From assembly GCA_000165425.1 (NCBI GenBank), contig CT868407.1, positions 113,211 to 133,210 of the forward strand: a DNA stretch of 20,000 bases, read 5' to 3'. Each line of letters starts with the position of its first letter. Position 1 is the stretch's first letter. The position numbers and the translations under genes are program-made. The stretch is from Paramecium tetraurelia. Taxonomy: Eukaryota. The notes under the pieces are model-generated. The model saw only the letters and a list, made by a program, of their open reading frames with translations, was not told the origin of the DNA and did no database searches. Shown piece by piece: positions 10,453-20,000 of the stretch.

Positions 10453-11624
10453 ATGATTACCCTAACAACTACCAGAGTCTGTACTCTTCTGGGTTTGCAG
10501 ATCAAAGTTTTTGTATCAAATTATAAAGAATTTAATTTATTTATAATATGTTCAATTACTTGAATGTTATCCAATTGATCATTATATCGATTAACATGTT
10601 CACTGGATTGATGAGAGCAGGTTTGACAATAACTAGAAAGAAAAATCCTATAGATAACTATATATTTTTGATGTTCTTTTTTGCAATCCTTACTCTCACA
10701 GCAGAAATCATTAATCTGTTTTTGTGCAAATAAACTGTTGAGATGCATCTGGTCTGTGTTGGAACTTGGATCACATTTTCATTGACACTACAATAATCAT
10801 TGGCATTTATGGCCATACTGCAATTCCTAACATTTTTCCTTCTATAAACCCAATCAAAGGAGTTTCTTGATGAGATGAAGAAATCTCAAAACTAATTCAT
10901 ATTTTTTGCCATACTTGCACCAATCATTTTTAACTTACTCAATCTATTTGTCCATGATTCCCAGTACAGAATATTTTACCCTCCGAACAACAGATTTTAA
11001 GTGATAGTCCTATTTGCACCTTTAACCTTCCTGTTGATTATTATATCCATTTTTACAGGGTTGTCAATTAAAATGCTCAGAACGTAATAATTAATAATCA
11101 AGTAGATAGGAGTTCCTAAGATTTAACAATACAATTTCGTAAAAATTTCATTAAAACACTCAAAGTAGCATTATTCACCCAATTGATATGCTATACCCCG
11201 TTTTTATTGATTGTGATTGCAGCTCAATTCACAAATTAACTCAATTTCTATTATAATATCCTCTTGGCGTTAATCAACACCCAGATATTACAATACAATT
11301 ATTTATTTGGCCTCAATCCCTACATACAAAAGATCTAGGTTTTAAAGATGTCAAAATTGTTGGGCATTGCGTGCGTCTGATATTGAAGAAAGTGAATAAT
11401 ATTCCTATGCCCATACCTAAACCTAGACATTCACAGAAACTCAGTTAACCAACAATGTTAGAATTTCAGCTACTCCATCAAAAGTGGCAGAAATGGCAAT
11501 CTCTAGAGATTCATGCAACATTAAATCATAAACGCAAAAGCAACCTAAAATATTAGGATCCGAGAAGTAAAAATTAACAACAGTGGAAATGAAACAGAAA
11601 GCTAAAACCCATGTATCTAATTGA
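10453..11624 (+). CDS. Seven-transmembrane GPCR-like protein, apparently frameshifted (pseudogene or assembly errors)
   Basis: The frame from 10455 through intron 11084-11109 gives about seven hydrophobic helices, including TM6-like VALFTQLICYTPFLLIVI and TM7-like YNILLALINTQILQYNYLFGLNPY. ATG 10453 is one base out of frame; the first in-frame ATG is 10548. The frame stops at 11378-11380, while a Ser/Thr-rich tail continues in the next frame to TGA 11622-11624. Confidence 0.6.
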
Positions 11625-11674
11625 AATTAATATTATTCCTCTATTAATTCATTAATAATTAATTTAAAAGTTTA

Positions 11675-12270
11675 ATGTCTTTAGTCAACATAACCAACAT
11701 TGTTATTGATGATAAGCCATAGCCTTTCGATAGTCCAATCAATATTGACATTTTCTTTGATGTCATAGTTGACATTGAGGATGAAATCGAATGGATGTAC
11801 ATCAATATTTTAGTTGTAGGCTTCTCTTCATTGGCTCACCTAAAGATGAGTAACATGATCAGATACTTGATTAGTTCTCAATGGGACCTCTTTAAGCCGG
11901 AGCTAAACATTTTACTTTAGAATGCAATCCTCCTGATTGGCAAAAAATTCCCCAAAACGAATTACTGGGTATCACAGCCTTCATCCTCACGTGTTCCTAC
12001 AGAGAAAAAGAATTCTTTAGAGTTGGTTACTATGTTTACACTACCTATACCTCTCAAGAGAATATAGAGAACGATCCCCCTAAAATTATTATAGAAGATA
12101 TTTCACGTTAAATCTTCAATAATAAACCCCGTATAACTCGATTTGAAATCGATTGGAAAGGGAATAATTAAAATTAAACTACGTCTGAACAAATTGATAA
12201 TAAATAATTTATGTTCTAAGAACAACAAGAAAAATAGTCAGCCGATGTGACTGAGGTCGAAGATCCATGA
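11675..12270 (+). CDS. ASF1: Histone H3-H4 chaperone ASF1 (190 aa)
   Basis: MSLVNITNI..EIEWMLLFIGSPKDEQHDQILD..MGPL..NPPDWQKIP..LLGITAFILTCSYREKEFFRVGYYV..KPRITRFEIDW. Intron 11797-11819; TGA 12268-12270. Confidence 0.96.
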
Positions 12271-12305
12271 ACTAATTCAAAATGTATTCGACTCCTGAAT
12301 ATATT

Positions 12306-12321
12306 TATATATATATATATA
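12306..12321. repeat. (TA)n microsatellite downstream of ASF1
   Basis: tatatatatatatata is visible directly in the sequence. Confidence 0.6.
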
Positions 12322-12362
12322 ACTAAATAAATTAAAATAGTATAATTAATTAATTATTGATC

Positions 12363-13030
12363 ATGTAAATTTAAGAAGATAGCAGACATTTTTTAAGATA
12401 TCCATGCATCCCTCCTTGAATATATTATTAATTTGACCATCTCATTAAATTCTTCACTTGATCATCTTCAATGAAATTAATTAGATGATCTCAAATAATT
12501 CATTTTATAGGGTTCGTAGATTGATAAAAGCATTCGTTCTGATGTAATTAAAGTAGTTATAAGTGGGTAACCATTGTTTAGGATGCTTTGTTTGTATATG
12601 TAGATTGAGTTTTTAATTTAAAATTTATAATAAAAATTTAACAGTAAAATTAATTATAATTGTTTATTAATTTAAATGGAGAATTACCCAAACAATAATT
12701 ATAGACAGAATTTTCATATTAGGTATCTACAGGATCTATCTACGCTAATCCATGATATTATAGAATGGGGTTTATTATTGCAGAAGACATTTTGATGATC
12801 AAAGCCAATGTCATAAGAACCTAATTCTAATGAAATAAATCTATTAAAGAAAAAAGATTAGTACTAGATTTAAACTATATATTCAAATGTACTCAGATTA
12901 CATTACAACGAATTTTGTTTTTAATCTTTATAATGATAAACTTGAATTTCCTCTTAATTCTTCAGTGTTGTATGTTGAATTTTACTTGAGAAATTGAATT
13001 TTATTTGTTGCTTAAATTCTAAATAGAATT
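12363..13030. pseudogene. Possible decayed gene remnant
   Basis: About 700 nt without an intact gene model in a region where spacers are usually under 200 nt. It has coding-like patches interrupted by TGA in the frames I checked on both strands. No family recognised. Confidence 0.3.
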
Positions 13031-13128
13031 AGGATTAGGATTAAAAACTTATCTAATAGGATATATGTGTAAATTATAAATATAATACATTGAGGGAATG
13101 TACAACCAAAAATAAATATAAAAAGTTT

Positions 13129-13656
13129 TCAAAGATTTCTCACCTTTTGTTCAGTGATTTTGGCTCCTTTAAGGGGCGGCTTCGTAATAAGTACTTTTCA
13201 ACTTCAAAGTATATTTATAAACCATCTACTCTTTCATTCTCAAGTAAGTATTGCACCCATTTCTTTTGTCCAAAAAAGATTTAACCTAGTTATCTACCAA
13301 TACCTGAGTGTTGGAATAGTTCATTAAAATCCTTAAAGCTGTCATGATATCTAGGATTAGTCTTACGTTTGGAGATGAATTTTTAAACAACTGGACATCG
13401 AATGGAGTCAACCTCAGTCACAATCCAATTCCTGAAGTGTCGACCAAAGGTGTAGGGAACATTCTTGTATCGGCCTTGTCTTTTCTTTTTAATTGAGGGG
13501 CTTTTTGAGTCTATTATATTGGGATCGGTGTCAGCCTCAGCTTAACACCAGTTATTGGTTAGCTAAAATTCAACTTAATCACACTCACTGTGTTAATATA
13601 GCTGCTCCTCCTCATTAAAACTATCTCGTCTGAGTAATGGAACACATTGCGTTCAT
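13129..13656 (-). CDS. Protein of unknown function with a basic (NLS-like) patch; frame-disrupted at the start (pseudogene or assembly errors)
   Basis: Long open frame QCVPLLRRDSFNEEEQLY..SIKKKRQGRYKNVPYTFGRHFRNWI..KDFNELF..GRQLGQIFFGQKKWVQYLLENERVDGLQIYFEVEK has no in-frame ATG. ATG 13656 is one base off and stops after 14 codons. As written the long frame ends at 13140-13142. Confidence 0.55.
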
Positions 13657-13899
13657 TTTAATTATTTAAATTAATATACGTAAAAAATCTTAGTTCATAA
13701 ATCATTTTATATGGTTCTTAGAAATGTATATAAAATGATAAGTTTCATTAAAGGGGGTACTAGCTATTGCATCGAAATTGAAAAGTAACACAATTCAAGG
13801 ACCGCACAAGAATGCTTCTACTTCGAATAAATTTAATTTGATGAAAGTGCAATTAATTAAACAGTTATATAAATATTAATAAATTATTATTATATATTT

Positions 13900-16614
13900 A
13901 TGTTTGACCAATAATTTGTGGAACATCGTAAGTCAAAGTAGGAGCAAGTAGTAAATACGAAATCTCGACATTTGATTGTGATGAATTAATTAAAGAAGAA
14001 AGTAATCATTATTGGATGATTCACTTAGGAAGAAAATTGGAATAATAGATTTTATGTTTAAAATTAAAATAAAAATGAATCCGTGGAAAAATAGAAACCC
14101 AAGTATTTCAATAATGCAGCAAAATTAATCGAAGTTCAAGATTATTACAATATCCCTGAGTTTCATAGGTAACATCAATTGACTAATTATTTAGATAGTT
14201 GTTTTTGATGTGTCTGCAAACACTACCAAAAAACACTCAAGCAATTCAATTCGAAATAGAAGAAATGCAACAAAAGAAATCTCATATATAAGTATTAGAA
14301 TACCTAATAAATAAGCTATGCATGCAAGCTGTGGAAGCAAGAGAAAAGTGTTTAGCATTTCTGATTAATCACATCCAATAATTCTAGGATTGTCCTGGAG
14401 ATGAACAACTATTGCAAAAAAGTGCTGAATTAATAACACATTTAAGGATTCTCTCAATCAATGTAGTAGAACAAATCCTTGGTTGGAGACAATACCTAAT
14501 GAAATTCTTGGTCAATATCCATTCCCATGAGAGCATCTCGCTTCCATATCTATATCAAAGAGAAAACTATTTGATCAAGGTTTAAATCCTCACATTATCT
14601 ATTTCTAGATGAGAAAGGACATTTCATACATCACAAACTCAATTCTATCTAACTATTATCAATTTTCAGTTAAACCTGATCCCTTCTTTGTTGCCATTAC
14701 AAAACCAGCCGAAGATTCAAGTAAGATTGTCCAATTCATATCCAAACCTCTCTTAAAAAGAATAAAAAATTGTGAAGTAATAATATAAGAAGAGACTTCA
14801 TCAATTGCTAAGGATGATAAATCAATATACAATCAAGCAAACTCCAGAGATCAAATTAAAATGAGTCCAGAAAAACCAATCCAACCAGGACGAATAAGAC
14901 CTCCTAAAAGATAGGAATAAAGTTAAAATCAAAAAGTAATTTGTGTTTTAAATCCCCTTTTTAGAGAATAATATATAAATAACATGATCAAAATGAAATC
15001 ATTAGCACTATTCCAAAAGTTGTTATAGCAAGATAGCCAAATAAGTAAGGAAGTGCTACACCTTAGAAATAAAACTCAATTAAAGTGACAACCAATAATG
15101 ATTCCAATAACAAGTAACATGCATAAGTAAGTCTTCCATTATCTGAACAAAAACATTAAAATTCTCTTCATACAGCTGGACCTATTGCTGATCAATAAAA
15201 TGGAATTCCAGAAGAGGATGATACATTGAAAGTAAAAAAATGCAAATTGACTGATGAAAAAGTTATAGATCATTTAAATAATATTAATGAGGATTTCAAA
15301 AAGTCATGGAGAGGAGAAATTCAACTGATGCAAAATCAATATAATCAATAAGATGATAGCTTCTGTTTAGGAATATATCAAAAATCCTAGTTGATGGCTT
15401 TGGGATAGTGTTATCTAGATCAGTCTTTATAAGAAAGAAGAATAGTGTTAAGTCACTTTTCAACGGTAGATCCCCAATAATTTCAGGAGTTGCTTAAAGT
15501 TATTATCTAATTTATTTGGGAAATTGATCCTTGCCAAGAGATAAGAATGGCATTATATCATTACAATTAGAATGATTCATTCTAAGCTAATAAAGAAATT
15601 ACAACCAAATTGAAAGAATTGGGATTCAAGTGGAAAGTTGTGTAAAGTGTTAATTCAGAAACAAGATTCACAGTTATGGGTATAGTATAATATTATCAAA
15701 GCCATTAGAAGACCTTCTGACATAGATCAACCTAAATAGTTCGATCCCATATTCTTATAACATCTTTACCTTACTTGTGATAGCAATACAATATAAAATA
15801 CAGATGCATTTACATCTTTGTATTGTCTGACCACTCTGAATACAAAGATAGATCTGGATAATGAGACAATTAGTTCGCACAAGGACAATCTCATAAAGAC
15901 TGTATAATAATATTGAGATTTAAATAGGAATTTGGATTTAGGGGGATTAAACTGCAAGAACATTCAAGTGATGACTTTAATGCCTACATTAAATAGTACT
16001 TTGAGGGTTTTGAATAACTGAACCTATCCAATTCTGAGGTTTCACTTTCATCAGATAAAGTCATTAGCAGCTTTTGCAAAGAGTGTTTTAAATGGGCGAA
16101 ATGCAGATTGGCATAACATCAAAGACTCATTTATAATGGATTTCCATCTGTGTCTAACGCTGAGACTGCGAAGGTTTTCATGTCTGATTCTGGAAACCTT
16201 AAAGTTTACTTGATATCCTCTGATTAAAGTAGTACAAGCATTTTTGTATTTGAATGTGAGTTATCAATTTTATTGTAGATAATGAGGAGATCACTATGTA
16301 GAAAGTACAATCAATTTTAAACCAATGTGGAGTACAAGTACCAATAGATTAGAATCTTTATGTCCCCCAATTCATAGTGAATAGTAAGGTTAGGTTTTCA
16401 GACAATGTAATTGGATTAGGGAGATTTAGTACTTAGTACAGACCTAAGATGGTTGATGTCTAAAATGCGGAAGGTTATATTATCAAACCTCCATTTGTAT
16501 TTGGTATCATCTATCATATGACAATTAGGGATATTGAACGAGGACTTCAATGAGATCACGGGAATGCCCAATTTGTTTTTTAAAGTTTAGGATACTCACT
16601 GTATCTAACTATGA
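13900..16614 (+). CDS. Multidomain protein: N-terminal helical domain, low-complexity linker, GNAT-like segment, serpin-like C-terminus
   Basis: Continuous spliced frame from ATG 13900 to TGA 16612-16614 with about nine short GT-AG introns (e.g. 14002-14028, 14169-14194, 14580-14608). The domain labels rest on motif resemblance only. The frame is also open upstream to ATG 13735. Confidence 0.8.
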
Positions 16615-16758
16615 TCAATAATTTTTATATGTTATGATATTTATAACCACTCTATCTTCATAAATTGATTTGTAATAGTATAAGTAGGAATAATAGAATT
16701 AGGATATAAATTAAAGAATCATTCAAGAATTAAAAGATATTAATTATTTTAATATAAA

Positions 16759-18388
16759 ATGGATTATGGGTATTACTGCTCAATATTGGATCATACTAAT
16801 GAGCCAATAATTGGATTTTGCTTCTATTAGGAATGTGATAAACCAAAATAAATCTGTTTTAATTGTTTCAGCCAATTACATTAAAGACATCAAAATGATT
16901 GTCTGAGGTTCGACAAAATTGCACTAATGATATCAGACAGTGTTAAAATCTTAGATAATTTGGAAAAACAAGAATAGAATAAAATGGAAAATATGATCAA
17001 TTTGTTCAAAAAAAATCTGAAGTTTATATCTAGTGAGAAGGCAAAGCTGGCTTAATTATTATAATAATTAAATAATTAAGACTGCTCTTAAGTTCATAAT
17101 CAATTAGAATAATTAAAGCAATGGAGAAATGTTACCTTGAATAAATATGTCAAAAACAATAATATTGGTATAAATTTCATTTTAATTCTTTAGGATTGCA
17201 ATTAGAGGAAATAAAAAAGTTCGAGAGGTCTTTGGATTAGTTCTTTTAACCATATTTGAAAGCTGATACTATTTTTATTTCAACATCTGAACCACAAGCT
17301 CAAATTGGATCTATAGAGAGATAAAATAGCAATAGAAGTTAAGAATCACCAACTTAACCTTAGGGATTGAAGTCTGAATCACTAGCAGTGGAGTGCTTAA
17401 CATCAGGTTAAATCGCCATAATATTTTAGCTGTTGATTTATATAAGGAGGACAACTATTAGGATGCTTTAAATTTTAGCAACTAAGCTATAAAAATAAAT
17501 TCTAACCTTGAATAGGCATATTTGATAAAGGGTAATAAAGTCTATTAAAAATAAATAAGGTCTTTGTTTAGTTCATTTAGAGTAGTTTGAGGAAGCCGTG
17601 GATTCCCTTAATGACTGTTTAAGATTGAATTTAAAAATAGAAACAGTTTATTATCATAAAGGTAAGAATTGGCAATTTTAAATGATCAGGTTACAGCTTA
17701 TTTGTCTTGAAACAATTTGACGAAGCAATAGAATGTTTTGATAGAGCCTTGGAGCTTAAAGCGAATCCAGATTTTTATCTAAAGAAAGGTTTCATTAATC
17801 CAGATATTTTGTAGCTTAAGCCTTAATGTCATAAGAAAAATATAATCAAGCACTTGAATCTGTTAATCGAGCTCTCGACATAAAAACTAAGAAAGAATAT
17901 TTGCATCTAAAAGGTATATTGGAAATGTAATTCAAGGGGCCATTTTACATAAATTAGGGAATTCTTAAGAAGAATTAAATTGTTATTTAGCAGCACATGG
18001 ATTAGATCCAAACTCATCCTCCATAAATCATAATATTGGTATTATTCTCACTTATGAAAAGGTGTTGCACTCCACAAATTAGAAAGATATTAAGAGGCAT
18101 TGCAATATTTTGATGCTGCTCTAGCCGTTGAACCTGACTCACCAGATACATTAAATCAAAAAGGTTCTACTATTTTTAATTTTAGGTATCACTTTACTAG
18201 CCTCATAAAGTTATTAAAAAGCATTGGAGTGTTTTGACTCTGCTTTAGCATATAAAGAGAAACCAGAGTATCTAACAAATAAAGGTAGATATTTCTTTAA
18301 TTGAGTAGCTAAAACTCTTAATTTCTTAAAGCGATAAAAAGAAGCATTAGATATTTTTGAATATGTTAGTAAGAATTATGGCGAATGA
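16759..18388 (+). CDS. TPR-repeat protein (468 aa) with an N-terminal Cys/His-rich putative zinc-binding domain and coiled coil
   Basis: N-terminus CSILDHTNEPIIGFCFYQEC..ICFNCFSQLHQRH, then repeats such as KGYSLFVLKQFDEAIECFDRALELK and IGVALHKLERYQEALQYFDAALAVEP. Nine introns; spliced length 1407 nt; TGA 18386-18388. Confidence 0.93.
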
Positions 18389-18438
18389 TAATTCAAAATA
18401 TGTTGTAATAATGTAATAATAATTGTTTGTAATAATAA

Positions 18439-19410
18439 TCATTTCATAAATTATAAGAGTTTTCTTTAATTTAACTTCAAGTTAACTAATTATTGCATGT
18501 ATTCAAGAGTAACAAAGAATATCTAATCCTGTTTTACTAGACAAAATTATAATGCCATAGCATCAAGTAAGTTAAGATCCAGAATAGAGAGAGTTTCATA
18601 TTCTACAACAGTCTTCTAGATCTTATTTGATTGTTTTTGAGGCAGAATCCGCATGGAATTTTTATCGTATTTAGGGAGTTGAGCAATTGTAAATTGGACT
18701 CTTTGGATGAGATTGTCGATATTGTTGTATTAAGATTATAATTTGATAAATCTAGAAATTAGATCTGTTTGACTCCTTTTTGGTTATACAATCTTTGATA
18801 TTTTCTTCCAATCAAAGCTTAATTAAATGGCTTTTTGGAGTAACAGGATGTCATCTTGAATAGTGAAAGGACTTTTGCATAAACTAGGATCAAGTACATT
18901 ATTCCATCTGTGCTTGCAATTGGTTTTGTTCTTGTCGAGCCTCAAAGCTATTTCTAGCCAATTTAGCTATTAATTTCGAAATTGGGTCAGCTTGTTGTCC
19001 AATTCGTTGGTCCAATTATCTTGCAGAGTGATCCAAAAGGCTTTGACTTCTGAAAGAGATTTGTTTAAGACTTGTGCAATTTCAGGCCAGAATTGATGAT
19101 TGACTCCCACTTTACAGATGGTTTTAATGAGCCAGTCTCTTTAGAATTTAGTGAATGCATCAGTATCGCTGTCAGTCATGAGCTAATCATCATCATTTTC
19201 ATGAAATATTTGAACATTATATAGAGTGAGCATTTGTTATAGATTATGACTAAGTTGAGTGAAATTGAGCGATAAAGATTCAAGAAAGTCTTTAAATTAA
19301 GTTTGAGACATCATTGATATTTTGACGAGCTTTTGTGGTATTTCCTTTAATAAATAAGGTGACTTTCTCTTAATAAATTATAGATCATTTGGTTGGCCAA
19401 TATTGTTCAT
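18439..19410 (-). CDS. Myb/SANT-repeat protein (323 aa, intronless, three degenerate repeats)
   Basis: FTKFQRDWL..FWPEIAQVL..EVKAFW; WTNELDNKL..NWLEIALRL..NCKHRWNNVLDPSL; SPFTIQDDILLLQ..DWKKISK..RSQTDLISRF. 972-nt ORF from ATG 19410 to TGA 18441-18439. Confidence 0.9.
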
Positions 19411-19459
19411 TAAGAATGTTATAAATTTTGTTTTTAATAGATATGCTTTATCAATATTC

Positions 19460-20000
19460 TCAAATTTATTATTATTATTTTTATTAGATCATCTGCTCTT
19501 CATTGTTCAAGAATGAAGGTTAACCCGTACTGGCTAACAATCTTTGCCATTCTCGACTGTCAGCTACAACCCTATTGGAGTACTTTCCAGACAGCAATTC
19601 TTCAATTGGAATGTAAGCTAATCTGTTATTAACATGACCAACAGTAAATCCAGAGAAACCAGCCATGGCACCATGAACAGCATTTTGAGCCAATTAAGTG
19701 CACATGATCTTATCATGAGGATTAGCTGGGACTGTTCTGATCATATATGTAGGATCGATGTGTTTAAGAGTGATACTCATTGCTTTGTTTTTGCAATACT
19801 TAGTAAGTTCATCTTTCACTATGACACCAACATCCTAAGGTTTTTTGTTACCTGATGCATCAGTCTCAAAGACATTAACTTTATAATCCAACATAGCATC
19901 TCCTGCTCCTTCAGCAATGACAAGGACCAAAGTGCCCTTCTTCTTGAGTCTCTAGTAACAGTACTCCAAAAGACCTCGTTCTCCATACAATTCAAATCTG
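19460..20000 (-). CDS. PFK: 6-phosphofructokinase, C-terminal part (plant/protist ATP-PFK type); 5' end lies outside the window
   Basis: FELYGERGLLEY..LVLVIAEGAG..DASGN..DVG..LKHIDPTYMIRTVPANPHD..LAQNAVHGAMAGFSGFTVG..WQRLLASTGQPSF; TGA 19462-19460. Confidence 0.95.

Noticed and set aside
2092..19855. The supplied ORF track
   Set aside because: It treats TAA/TAG as stops. Eight entries are antisense or off-frame shadows of real genes. Only 10548-10733 is in a real frame, as a fragment of the 7TM gene.
1..20000. Transposons, telomeric repeats, CRISPR arrays, tRNA/rRNA genes, operon-like system
   Set aside because: None seen. The neighbouring genes are functionally unrelated, as expected for a eukaryotic somatic chromosome.

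Overview
AT-rich, gene-dense ciliate DNA, most likely a Paramecium macronuclear (somatic) chromosome. TAA/TAG read as Gln (code 6), TGA is the only stop, introns are GT..AG and 22-31 nt, and most intergenic gaps are under about 200 nt. The supplied ORF track used the wrong code and is mostly artefactual. I re-translated by hand. In order: a twin-CX9C protein pseudogene (-), eS6/RPS6 with a histone-H1-like tail (+), cytochrome c1 (+), a coiled-coil gene whose B-box lies in a shifted frame (+), a Tvp15/COPI-associated-like protein (+), a 1366-aa helical unknown (-), a 154-aa membrane protein (+), a frameshifted 7TM/GPCR-like gene (+), ASF1 (+), a possible decayed remnant, a frameshifted unknown gene (-), a multidomain protein with GNAT-like and serpin-like segments (+), a TPR gene with one repeat per exon (+), a Myb-repeat gene (-) and the 3' part of 6-phosphofructokinase (-). 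Main points of interest are the TPR exon modularity, the hidden B-box, the GNAT+serpin-like architecture, the RPS6 tail and several apparent single-base indels. All family calls come from motif recognition; no database search was run.
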